In this document: positions 22,422-32,544 of the stretch, piece after piece
Layout of the letters: each line of letters opens with the position of its first letter
How positions within the stretch are numbered: position 1 is the stretch's first letter
Origin: an uncultured Planctomycetaceae bacterium
GTDB lineage: Bacteria > Planctomycetota > Planctomycetia > Planctomycetales > Planctomycetaceae
Direction of reading: 5' to 3'
DNA: 64,000 nucleotides
Assembly (NCBI GenBank): GCA_963813715.1
Contig: CAWFAK010000012.1
Location: forward strand, 192,001 to 256,000
Notes under the pieces: generated by a model
What the model was told of the DNA's origin: nothing
The model's database searches: none
The model's input: only the letters and a program-made list of their open reading frames with translations
Position numbers and translations under genes: made by a program

Positions 22422-22640
22422 GGTGGCATGCCCCGCGGCTCGGCGTGGGCATGTCCGGCTACAGTTCGCATGCTCACGCGAACGTCGTGACGCCGTCCGG
22501 GAATTCGGTGGAATCTCGGAGCCCTCGCTCATCCTTCGGGTTGGTGTGTCGCGTGCATGAACCCGACGCGTAACGTGAAGGCCGTGCAGCGAGCGGAGCT
22601 TCGAGGAAGAGCGGGTCCCAAGTTGGAGCTTGGCGGCGAA
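22422..22640 (+). repeat. Composite REP-like repeat, copy 2
   Basis: Direct repeat of 21741-21970 on the other side of the DUF2277 gene. Confidence 0.85.
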
Positions 22641-22983
22641 ACACTTGTCCCCCGAGCGATCGATTTGCCAAAGAGGGATAAGCTGCTTGCCGGGATATCC
22701 TTTGTCTACGTCGGTCGATGTGATCGACGCGCGCAAAAGGCTTGTGCCGGCGCCATGGCCGGTTTGCGAAACCTGCTCGAGGGAACGTCTTCTTGGAGAA
22801 GTTGTTGAAGTGCGGTCATGATTATAACGGAGCAACTAACGGGAAATCTGCTCGCGGCGATTAACGATTTTGAAACGGTTGCAGGAATCGAACCGTCCGA
22901 CCACGATAAGATTCGAACGCATCATCCCCCCGAATCTCTGCATCGATCGTCCCGACACGGTCTGCCGCAATCCGAGGTGCAGC

Positions 22984-25926
22984 ATGTCACGGCTCGTTGG
23001 CATTCTCTTTCTCGCAATCGGAACGCTGCATGTCGCGAGCGCGACGCGTGCTGATGACGGTCCTTCGGCCGGCCAGACCGTTTACTTGACGGTTCGCGAA
23101 CCCGAGGTTGCCGGTCCCGCGGGGGGCATCGCGCCGATGGGCATGCGCGAGCTGGTGCGCCAGGCGTTTCTTGTAGCGGCCCGCGATGAATTGGGACTCT
23201 CCACGCGCGACGTGATGCTGCGCGAGGACTTCCCGGACAAACCCGACGAAAAGTCTGCTCCTTTCGAACTGTTTTGCCGAACGTTGGATGCAAATGACGA
23301 CCGCAAGATCGAGTACGTCCTGACTCGTCAGGGATCGCCCGACAAGGTGCTTTGGCGCTGGATCTTCACTGCAGAGACGACTCAGCCGCTCGGAGCGCTG
23401 GCAAACAAGGTCGAACTCTTGTCGCGGGGCGAACTCAAAGACGTGCTTGTGCGCGCCGGCTACAAAGGAAAGGTCACGGCGGCCCGAGTCTCGTCCGACG
23501 TGCCGAGCGCGGCGTACGACTTGCTCTTTACCTGGAACGAAATCTCGGTGATTGCCGGCTTGCGCCAGCTGCACGCGGAGATCCGCGCGAAGGGAGAGTC
23601 GCCGGAGCTCCTGGCGGCCCTGGCGGTGGGGTACGCCAATCTGGGCTCGCTCACGGAGTATTACTACAGCGGTGCCTGTAAGGCTTACTATGCGCGTGCG
23701 CTGCTGTACGAGGAGCGATTGTCGCACTGGACGAAGGACTCACCCTGGTCGCTGTGGAACAGCGCCTACGTGGCGACGCAGATCGGACTGCACAGTCTCG
23801 GACTGGAGGCGCTCGAGGACTCCAAAAAGAAGCAGGGCGTCTCGCCTCCTGAAAAGCCCGTTCCGTTCTTTGCGAGCGTGATCGAGGCGTTCGGTCAGGG
23901 AGACCTCCAGCGGATGGTGAAGGTCGCCAAAACGCCGCTGGAGCGACGGCTGGCCGGCTATCTGAACTGGCAGGCCGTCGTCTTCGGCCACCTGAACGAT
24001 TTGACGCTACAGGCCCTGCAAGATTTCATCCGAGAGTGTCCAGACTCCCCTCGGGCCTACGACTCGCTCGCGGCATCCGGCGAGCTAGGCCCCTCGCGAA
24101 TGGCGGCGGAATCGGCATTCAGCGTCACCGGCGCCTTCCTCCGCAAGCGATTGTTGGACGTTGCCGGCCTTCCGGAGGCCGCGGCAAAACGAGTCCGAGA
24201 TTCCGGCAAGACCCAGGATATCGCCGAAGAGATTGAATTTCGCAAGGGCGTCGTTGCGGATCTGAAAAAAGCCGGGGCACCGGGAGTCGACCGGGGCGAA
24301 CCCTCGCTCTCGGCACTCGGGCACACGATCGAAGAGATCGATTTCGCCCAACTCATGCGCCGACTGGAGATCAATCGAAACAAGCTGAGCGTCCCGGTCG
24401 ACGACATCATTGAATCCATGGATCCGCTCTGCGCGGCCCATCCCTATGCCGCCTACATCAAGGCGTTCAGCCAAAGCAAGCCGGAGAGGGAATCGGCCGC
24501 CGCGCTGCTCGTCAACAAACTCCAACTGTTTGCGGTCAGGATCAAGGAGCGATCGCTCTTGAGCTGGCTCTACCAAATCACCCCGACCGGGCGTCTGCAT
24601 GACTGGTATCAAGTGCCCGGGATGCACTCCGACATGATTTTTGTCGACCAGATGCGCTGCATCCAAGCGGGGTTGTACGGCGTGCCGGACGACGCCAAGT
24701 ACAACGCTCCGTCCATGCGGAGGTGCTGGGAAGTCAGCAAAAAGCTGCCGCTGGCGGTCGCCATGCGAATCGTGCGTGACTGGGCGCATGCGAAGACCGA
24801 AGTCAAAGCCTACGAGCGTGATTATGTCGGCGACCCCACCGTCATGGGCGCCTTGGCCGATCGTTACTATGCGCTCAAGCGTTACGACGATGCCGAACGT
24901 TGCGCGAAGCGGCAAGTCGAGATCCATCCGGGCTATCCGTCGTATCGACTGCTGGCCGCGGTTTACAAGGCGAAGAAGGACCACGTGAAGTGGAAGGAGA
25001 CTCTGGACAAGGCGATCGAACTGCCGTCCGCTGGACTCGAGCAAGCCCAGCTGCAAAACCAGATCGCTTTGGACTTCATGAGTCGCAACGAATGGAACGA
25101 GGCCGTCACCTACGCCGACGCGGCCGCCGAGAGCTATTCCGGCTGGTCGATGATGACGGCGGCCCGCTGCCACGAGATGCTCGGCGAGTGGAAGAAATCC
25201 GAGCAATTGGTCCGCGCGGTCTCGGAGCGCTACGACAACAGCACGTTCGAGTGGATGTATTGGTGTCACCGGACCGGACGCGGCGATATTCGAGCGGCCG
25301 ACGAGTTCACTCGCACCAAAATCGAGGCCCTCGGGACCGCGCTTTATCCCGAGCAATATCGAAACATCGGGCACTATTATCTGCTGACCGGTGAACCGCT
25401 GAAGGCGCTCTTGCTCTACAAGCGCGCCTACGAAAAGGCCCACGACCCATTTACCGGCTTGCACGCGGCGCTGGCGGCGGACAGGAGCGGCAAGACGGCA
25501 GACCGCGACGCGCTCTTTCAGCAGATCCTCGACACCAAGCCGCCCGCCAATCCCGTCGAAGCGCGGAAAATCGACTATTACAAGCAGTTGGTCCGGCAAC
25601 TTCGGGACATGCTGCCGCCCAAAGGCGAGAAGGAAATCAATCTTCCCGAAGTCGAAAACATCCTGAAGGTCGCCGCACCCAAAGATCTCGCCGCGTCCAC
25701 GCTCCCATATTTTGTCGGAGTGTTTCTCAGGGACCGCGGCGACTTGGAGACCGCCAAGACTTATCTGATTCGCTGCGCCGAGTCGAAAGACTGGCAGAAG
25801 GTCAACAATGCCCTCGCGTGCCAGTTGCTGCGGGAATTGAAGGCCGAAGTTCCGCCCAACGTAGACCGGCCCAAGAAAACCGAGCCTGCAAAGACTCCAG
25901 CGGACAAAAAGCCCAAAGGCTCCTGA
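22984..25926 (+). CDS. Large exported TPR-like protein
   Basis: Signal peptide MSRLVGILFLAIG…ATRA; about 980 aa, helical with TPR-like repeats in the C-half. Confidence 0.75.
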   Translation: MSRLVGILFLAIGTLHVASATRADDGPSAGQTVYLTVREPEVAGPAGGIAPMGMRELVRQAFLVAARDELGLSTRDVMLREDFPDKPDEKSAPFELFCRTLDANDDRKIEYVLTRQGSPDKVLWRWIFTAETTQPLGALANKVELLSRGELKDVLVRAGYKGKVTAARVSSDVPSAAYDLLFTWNEISVIAGLRQLHAEIRAKGESPELLAALAVGYANLGSLTEYYYSGACKAYYARALLYEERLSHWTKDSPWSLWNSAYVATQIGLHSLGLEALEDSKKKQGVSPPEKPVPFFASVIEAFGQGDLQRMVKVAKTPLERRLAGYLNWQAVVFGHLNDLTLQALQDFIRECPDSPRAYDSLAASGELGPSRMAAESAFSVTGAFLRKRLLDVAGLPEAAAKRVRDSGKTQDIAEEIEFRKGVVADLKKAGAPGVDRGEPSLSALGHTIEEIDFAQLMRRLEINRNKLSVPVDDIIESMDPLCAAHPYAAYIKAFSQSKPERESAAALLVNKLQLFAVRIKERSLLSWLYQITPTGRLHDWYQVPGMHSDMIFVDQMRCIQAGLYGVPDDAKYNAPSMRRCWEVSKKLPLAVAMRIVRDWAHAKTEVKAYERDYVGDPTVMGALADRYYALKRYDDAERCAKRQVEIHPGYPSYRLLAAVYKAKKDHVKWKETLDKAIELPSAGLEQAQLQNQIALDFMSRNEWNEAVTYADAAAESYSGWSMMTAARCHEMLGEWKKSEQLVRAVSERYDNSTFEWMYWCHRTGRGDIRAADEFTRTKIEALGTALYPEQYRNIGHYYLLTGEPLKALLLYKRAYEKAHDPFTGLHAALAADRSGKTADRDALFQQILDTKPPANPVEARKIDYYKQLVRQLRDMLPPKGEKEINLPEVENILKVAAPKDLAASTLPYFVGVFLRDRGDLETAKTYLIRCAESKDWQKVNNALACQLLRELKAEVPPNVDRPKKTEPAKTPADKKPKGS

Positions 25927-26039
25927 GAGCCGATGCGGAATGACCTTAGGCCCGCACGCGCTGGGTATTACATAACTGGCTAGCGATCGTCATCCTCATC
26001 GTTTTTGAGACGTCTCTTCGCTGGTCCCTGAGTGGGACT

Positions 26040-26092
26040 CTCCGGGAATTCGGTCGGATCTCGGAGTCCTCGCTCACGCTTCGGGTTGGTGT
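26040..26092 (+). repeat. Partial composite REP-like repeat
   Basis: TCCGGGAATTCGGT…ATCTCGGAG-CCTCGCTCACGCTTCGGGTTGGTG as in 22496-22546. Confidence 0.8.
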
Positions 26093-26143
26093 GGGCGCGA
26101 AGACGTTGGGGAGAGTGCAAATCGTTGATTCACCGATCCCATC

Positions 26144-26335
26144 GGCGAGCGCCTGGGTGACTCCCTCGATCTCTACGCACCCAGGCCGATCGCCAGCGGA
26201 CGCGTCATCCTGACGACCAAGAGTCTTCAGGCCGGCCGGCATACGATCCGGTTCGAAATCGTGGGCAAGAATCCAAAGTCGACAGGGACCGACTTCGGCG
26301 TCGATTGCTGCGAGGTCGCTCCGCCGGACCGCTGA
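26144..26335 (+). pseudogene. Start-less remnant of a beta-sandwich C-terminal domain
   Basis: GERLGDSLDLYAPRPIASGRVILTTKSLQAGRHTIRFEIVGKNPKSTGTDFGVDC…*; in-frame stop just upstream and no start codon. Confidence 0.6.
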
Positions 26336-26380
26336 GGTCGAAGAAGAGATCGTGAGCATATCAGAGCTCTCGCCGAGTGC

Positions 26381-27576
26381 TCAGCTCGCCGACCGTTCGC
26401 CTGCGCCTCGAAGCACCTCGGCGACCTCTGCGTGTCCCTTTCCTATCGCAAGGTCAAGCGGCGTTTGACCGTCACCGTTTGTCAGCAGCGGGTTAGCTCC
26501 CTGATCGAGCAACAGTCGCACGATCTGAGCGTGGTTGTTGCCGGCCGCCTCGTGTAGAGGGCTGGTCTTTCCGTCCATGACGTTGAGCAGACTTGGATCT
26601 TCGGCAAGGCGGGCACGGACCAGAAAGTCAAAGCCCCAGTTGGCCGCAACGCAAATGCCAAAAGATCGCGGCTTGCAGCCCAGAACTGGGTCACGCACTT
26701 CCGGATCGGCCCCGGCCTGCTCGAGCAGGGCAATCACCGTGCGCGAGCCGCCGAAGTACGCCCAGTGCAGGGGCGTCGCTCCCAAGAAGGCCCGAAACGA
26801 GAGATCCGGCCGCTTCTCCAAAAGGAATCGCACGACGTCGGCCTGGCCGTTGCGAGAGGCGATGTAAAGCGCGTCGGAAAGTTGATCCCGACCCGACAAC
26901 GGCGGACACGGCAAACGCGTTCCATCGGGTGCAAAACGACTGCTGCCGGTGCGCGATGCGCCGGGAACGAGTTCGCCTGCATCATCGAAGTGGGCTTGAA
27001 CCTCTTCCAGCGCGCCGATTCCCGCCGCGCAAAAGACGTCGGCCTCTGCTCCCAGCGCCACGAGAGTGCGGGCGCATTCGGGCGCGTTGCAGGTCACGGC
27101 CCAGGAGACGGCCGTGTGACCCGACTTCCCGATTTTGGCATCAACGTCGGCACCATAAGCGACCAGCACCGTCGCCAATCGCGGGTCGTTGCACTGCGCG
27201 GCCACATGCAGCGGCGTTTGACCTTCGGAACCGTAGGCCGCCGCCAGAGCCGGGCGGCGACTGAGCAGTTCGGTGACGGCCAGTTCTTCGCCCGCCTCGA
27301 CTGCCGACAGGAGTTGCACGAGATCGGGATCGTCGGGCGACGCGCCGCTGCGGCACGCCCTCGAACTCCGCGGAGCACCGCATCGAGCTTCTCGCGAACC
27401 AGTTCGACGTGGGCCTTGAGTTTGCGCCAGCTCGCGAAGCCGAATTCGCGGGCGACCTCAAGCTGCACGTCACTGAGCCGAGCGGTCGGATTAGTCGCGC
27501 GCAGCGCGTCGAGGCGGTCTTTGCTGAGTTTCTTGAGCCACTCGAGACTGGCGCGGAGGGGGAGCGAGCGAGACAT
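26381..27576 (-). CDS. Ankyrin-repeat protein with N-terminal LPxRxSLEWLKK…AREFGFASWRKLK domain (frameshift near 27320-27360)
   Basis: TPLHVAA, TPLHWA, SPLHEAA, TPLDLA ankyrin motifs; N-terminal domain in an adjacent frame; GAAAGAAGG SD. Confidence 0.88.
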
Positions 27577-27584
27577 GCGGATAA

Positions 27585-27702
27585 CCTTCTTTCAACTGCG
27601 CCCGGCGTCCGCGATCACGGGCAGAAAGAAGGCCATCAGAATTTGGCAGGCTGACGAGTGGGTTCAACCCTGCACGCGGACCGTCGGCCGCTCGTCACGG
27701 CC
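27585..27702 (-). ncRNA. Candidate structured cis-regulatory leader RNA
   Basis: Two hairpins (27585-27632 and 27652-27697) with complementary loops GTCCGCG (27607-13) and CGCGGAC (27675-81); the proximal stem pairs the SD. Confidence 0.55.
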
Positions 27703-27751
27703 AAAATCCACTCTAAACGCGGACCACGGGTCGAAGCAACAGTGCGGTCGG

Positions 27752-28472
27752 TTAGCCCCGCGTCGAGACGTACTTTGCTCGCACCTCGGGGGCAAGCTGC
27801 TCCACCGCATTGCGCAGCATGGGCCGGGGCATCGTGCCGGCGTGGGCCTTGAGGAACCGCAAGAGCCGCTTCCGGTCCTTTTTGCCGGCGTCGCGAATCC
27901 ACGAGCCCACCGCTTTCTGGACCAACTCGTGTTCGTCATGAACCAGCAACTCGGCGATTCGGAACGTGTCTTCGACATCGCCCTGCCGGATGAAATAGTA
28001 GGTACTGACGATCGCGGTCCGGCGCTCCAGGGGTTGGCGGAACGCGCGAGCTGGTATAAGACGTCACGCGGCTGGTCGGAGAGGTAGCCGCCAACGACAT
28101 AGGGCGCCGCGCGATCGACCAGGTCCCAGTTGTTGATTCGATCATGACGCCGGAGGTACAGATCGAAGAGGGCCCTGCGATGCTCCGGCGAAATGCGTTT
28201 GCGCGGGCTTGGAAATCCATAATGCTCACTGCCCCCATCCGGACTTCGTAGTACGGGCTCCCGAGGAGCCGATCGATGTCAGCGAGCGGCATGTCGATGA
28301 AGAGCTTCGCCACGGCGAAAATCTTGCCATGGCTCACGCCAAGGACCTTGTTGCCGCGGGAGTGGCCATTCGGGTCCGCGCGGAAGAAACGCGACACATC
28401 GGCAACAACGGCCGGATCGGCCAGGTCCTCGAGGGCCGCGACAAACTGCTGACGCAGCTTCGGTGTCGGCAT
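27752..28472 (-). CDS. DNA alkylation repair protein, AlkD-like (frameshifts near 28200 and 28025)
   Basis: YEVRMGAVSIMDFQAR, RHDRINNWDLVDRAAP, LVHDEHELVQKAVGSWIRDAGK, MPRPMLRNAVE. Confidence 0.85.
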
Positions 28473-28929
28473 GTTCGAATTGCTCCGGGATAATATGGCG
28501 AGCGTCGTGTGGGCTAATTTCCTTGCTCGCGCGGCTTCCGGCACTCGAATCCGCTCGACACCCGAAATAGGACCAGATGGAGACTTACAGCACTCTATGC
28601 GGCTGTCCCGGTCAACCGAAGTCGGAACACTGCAGAGGCCGAAGTCGACCAAGAAACTCTTCGTTCACCGTCGGGCTGCTGTCGGGGCCCGGTTCACGGG
28701 TGGCACGAGTGAACTGGTGTGGAGTGTGAGAATTGACGTGCGTTGGGTTAAGCGGCCCTCGACGCCGAGCGCGGCGTCGAGGGGTCGCGACTTTCCCGCG
28801 GTCACACGAACCGGCGGCAATGCGATTGCACGCGGACAGCTGGCTTAAGCCCCGTATCCATTCGGCGCCTCGCCGGCCGATAGTTGATCGGAGTCAAACC
28901 ACAACCGCCGCCGGTGGGCGAGAGGCGGC

Positions 28930-29400
28930 TCATTTGTGTTTCTTTGCCGCGGCATTCTGATTGGCGGGGGCGAGCACGATTCTGCCACCCATCACGGTTG
29001 GATGAATCTTGCAGTAATAGCCCAGCTGGATGTTCCCGGAATTGGGATCGACGTCGCCGCCAGCGGCAACGGCAGCGTCATAAATGGCCTGCGTAAACTG
29101 AAAAGCGTGCGGCTGACCATCGGCATTGACTGCCACATCGAAGATCCGCGCGTGTGCGGTGGTCGAGTCCCGCAGTTCGGAAGTTGCCGTATGGTTTGAG
29201 TTCCCAGTCGGGTTGACCCAGTTCACGGTGTCGCCGACGGTGACCACCACGTTGAACTGTTGAGTTTGCCCCTGCTGAATGTATTGGGCATGGTTCTGTG
29301 ACCCTTGCAGGTTGATCGTAATATTGTCCGCACGACCAACTGAACCACTGACAATCGAACCCATGCCGACGAATAACGGAAACAGGACGTTGCGGCACAT
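28930..29400 (-). CDS. Exported cupredoxin-like (plastocyanin/azurin fold) protein
   Basis: Signal peptide; VGDTVNWVN, HTATS and YYCKIHPTVMGGRIV give the His/Cys/His/Met ligand set. Confidence 0.82.
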   Translation of the reverse strand: MCRNVLFPLFVGMGSIVSGSVGRADNITINLQGSQNHAQYIQQGQTQQFNVVVTVGDTVNWVNPTGNSNHTATSELRDSTTAHARIFDVAVNADGQPHAFQFTQAIYDAAVAAGGDVDPNSGNIQLGYYCKIHPTVMGGRIVLAPANQNAAAKKHK

Positions 29401-29511
29401 GAGAATCGCCTTTCGTGGAAATGGGACGGTCAAGAGCAGAATTCTGAAATCCACCGGAGGATATCGCCCAAACGACTACGTCGACTCGGAGGCGGCCGCT
29501 TCGACAAAGCC

Positions 29512-31623
29512 TCACTTGTTTTGCACGCGCTGGCACTGCTCGACGAGCGAATCCATGTCGAAATAGGGTTGTTCGCCGATTGCCTGCCAGCGCCTGCGAC
29601 CTGCCGAATCAATCACAAACAGACCGTGGAGCGGATGATCCGCAAAGCAACCATATTGCTTGAACACGGAGCGACTTTCGTCGGCCAGGAGCAGCAAGGC
29701 GGACTGCTGGCTTCGTGGCTCATCCGAGAGCGCCGTGATCAATGAATTCTTTGAGTCGGTGCCAATCGCCACGACCGACATGCCGGCCGCTTCCAGCGCC
29801 GACTTACGCGCAGAAATCAGCCGCAGCTGCTCGACGCAATGCGGGCACCCTTTCCCACGGTAAAACGCCAGGACGAGCGGGCGTCCCTTGAACTCCGCAA
29901 GAGTGTGCCATTTGCCGTCGGCGCGGGCAGCCGCCAGGTCGCTGCTTGTCCCAGGTCGGGAAGCGGCTGCCGCTGAGCAACCACTTTCGGCTGTGGCGCG
30001 GTGTTATAACATTTCGCCAGGATCCGAAACATCTCCATCATGCCATAGTCTTCGTGGTCGAGTTTGTGGCAGTGAAGCACGGTTTTGCCGGGATAATCCG
30101 CGAACTGGGTGCGGAAGCAAATCGTGTAGTTCTGTGGCAGAAGGATGGTGTCCTTCCAGACCGGTTGCTTGAGTGTTTCGTTGTTATTTGAGTCCTTGAT
30201 CGAAAGAACTTGAAAAGGATTGACGTGAACGTGAAAGGGATGGTTGTCATTGGAAGAATGCAACGTCCATTCTTCCGCGGTATCGACCTGTGGGCACTGA
30301 TCCGTGCGCACCGGATCGAATAGCAGGCCATTGATCGTCCATGTCGTCGCGGAAAGGCCGGTGAGCTCGAACTTTCTGGTCCCGACGAACGTGTTTATCG
30401 GGGCGTAGGGAGCCAACCCGGCTAATTCGATTTTTGCGGAAAAAGCCTTGATTCCTGCGCTTTCCGCAGACGTGAATCCTCGCCAGCACGGCGGCAGGTT
30501 CATCGCGTCCTCGGCGAAGCGCCTTGTCGGCGGTCGAGGCAAGGTCATAGACCAGGTAGTCCCCCGTATGCTCCGGCGCTTTTACCAAGACATCCGATCG
30601 ATAACCCGGAGCCAAGGTGATCGGCTCCCTGGGATAGATGTCACCAAAGGCAATTCCATCGTTGGCAATTTCGTTGAAGAACGGGACTGGCTGGTCGGTG
30701 AGTGTCCTCAGTGCCAGATCGATTCGCTCTCCGATCCCCGCGTGAATCAAACGCCACCGCTGCACTTCGCAAGGGGCCATTTCGATCACGGGTTGCAACA
30801 GCCCGTTAATCGTCGTCTGACGTCCGGGTTCCGGCCAGCTTTGAATCGCGTTGGTCGATTCCACCGTTCCCGGATTTCCGTCGGAAAATGGAATCTGTTG
30901 AAACAACAGAGTGTGCTCTGTCGCGGCTTTGATTTCGGGAACTTCGTCCAAACCGCCTTCGACAATCAGCGCACCTGCCATCCCGCTACAGACCTGGACG
31001 GCCACTGCCATATGCTTATGCGGGTGGTACCAATGTGTGCCGGGCGGATGCTTCGGACCGATCGTGATGGAGTAATCCTGCCGCCCGCGCGGCGGAACCT
31101 GGATAAACGGATTGTCGCTGTTGTCCTCTGGTGAAACGTGCAAGCCATGGGTATGCAGATTGGTCGTGTTGTATCCGTGCGGAATTAAAGGAGGCGTCGG
31201 CTTCGGTTCATCCAACATGTCGTTGATCAACCGGATTGCGAGCGTGTCCCCTGGGCGAACTCGGAACGTCGGCCCCACGAGCCCACCGTTGTACGACCGT
31301 AACTTCACGACATGGCCGCCGATGGTGTTGTAGGCGTAATTGACCACGAGCGTCGTCTGCAAAATCCCGTCTCCCGAGTGAACCACGGGCGGATCTCGAA
31401 ACGGAACCTGGCTGGCGATCGCCCCGGACTTCGACGCGCGTTCGTAATCTTGGATAAAGGTCAAGGTCCTCACCGGTGGGGCGACCGGCACGTGATCGTC
31501 GGACACCTGGCCCTGTCGTGGCACGCCCGAGGCAGCCGTCATCGCATCTTCGGCGGCTGACTTCGAACCCAAACCGATGAGAAGAGCTAGTGCGACAGCG
31601 AATTTGGCGTTTTGTGTTAGCAC
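29512..31623 (-). CDS. Multicopper oxidase, probably fused to a C-terminal AhpC/TSA-type redoxin domain (frameshifts near 30445 and 29922)
   Basis: NLHTHGLH, HWYHPHKH, HPFHVHVNPF, LHCHKLDHEDYGMM; then WRLP-ADGKWHTLAEFKGRPLVLAFYRGKGCPHCVEQL. Confidence 0.85.
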
Positions 31624-31752
31624 AGATTCCTCTCACGTAATGACTCGAGAAGGCAATGGCAAAGGATGCAATAAGCACAGCCCCAATTGTGGGTGTGGCT
31701 CATTTATTTCACCGTCCGCGACGAACAATTCAATAACCTAAACAGACTATTC

Positions 31753-31791
31753 ACCATTGACAACAAAAGTTGTCAATGGTACCGTCGTCTC
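31753..31791 (+). promoter_or_regulatory. Sigma70-type promoter overlapped by a perfect 12-4-12 palindromic operator
   Basis: TTGACA 31757-62, 17 nt spacer, TG-G-TACCGT 31780-85; palindrome ACCATTGACAAC-AAAA-GTTGTCAATGGT. Confidence 0.8.
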
Positions 31792-32394
31792 ATGCTCGAC
31801 ATCCAAGTCATCGACGATCCGGCGACGGCGACGGTGGCCTTGGAGCCGGTGCGGAGTCGACTCCTCTCCGAGCTCGTCGCACCCGCGTCGGCGGCAACAT
31901 TGGCCACGCGGGTCGGCTTGGCTCGGCAGAAGGTCAACTACCATCTGCACGCGCTGGAGGCGCACGGGCTGGTGCGGCTGGCCCAGGAACGCAAGTGGGG
32001 CGGGCTGACGGAACGGCTGCTCGTGGCGACGGCGGCTTCCTACGTCGTTTCGCCGAGCGCCTTGGGCCCGGTCGCCGTTGATCCGAATCGGGAAGCCGAT
32101 CGGCTGTCCGCGAGCTATCTCATTGCCCTGGGCGCACGGGTCGTCCGCGAAGTGGGTGACCTCGTTCGCCGTGCGAAAGAGGCGGGCAAACGTCTGGCGA
32201 CCCTGGCGGTGGATACCGAAGTTCGCTTTCGGTCGGCGACGGACCGGGCGGCTTTCAGCAACGAACTCACCGAAGCCATCACGAAACTCGTCTCGAAGTA
32301 TCACGACGAATCTGCCCCCGGCGGCCGCGCGCATCGCCTGGTGGTTGTGGCACACCCTCTCCCGCAGAAATCCAATCCCAAGGAACCATCATGA
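31792..32394 (+). CDS. ArsR-like winged HTH transcriptional regulator
   Basis: ALEPVRSRLLSEL…SAATLATRVGLARQKVNYHLHALEAHGLV. Confidence 0.9.
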   Translation: MLDIQVIDDPATATVALEPVRSRLLSELVAPASAATLATRVGLARQKVNYHLHALEAHGLVRLAQERKWGGLTERLLVATAASYVVSPSALGPVAVDPNREADRLSASYLIALGARVVREVGDLVRRAKEAGKRLATLAVDTEVRFRSATDRAAFSNELTEAITKLVSKYHDESAPGGRAHRLVVVAHPLPQKSNPKEPS

Positions 32395-32544
32395 GCGTTA
32401 AGAAAGAAGCCTCCGGGCGCCGTTCAGTCCAGGTCGAAGTCGAGGTCCCCGGCACGCCGGAAGAAGTCGGGCAGACCATCGCTACCGGGCCGGGGATTTC
32501 GTCCTGGTTCGTGCCGGCCGAGTTCGAGATGCGCGACGGAAAGC
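32338..32544 (+). repeat. ~205 bp direct repeat, copy 1 (regulator 3' end plus SRPBCC 5' end)
   Basis: Aligns with 33103-33311, with scattered mostly third-position differences. Confidence 0.92.

Noticed and set aside
27705..27757. Integron attC site after the alkD-like stop (GGCTAAC on the minus strand)
   Set aside because: No matching GTTRRRY box or convincing L-box hairpin, and no integrase in the window.
28756..28783. Perfect 12 bp hairpin CCCTCGACGCCG-AGCG-CGGCGTCGAGGG
   Set aside because: Single copy with no U-tract; function cannot be assigned from the sequence.
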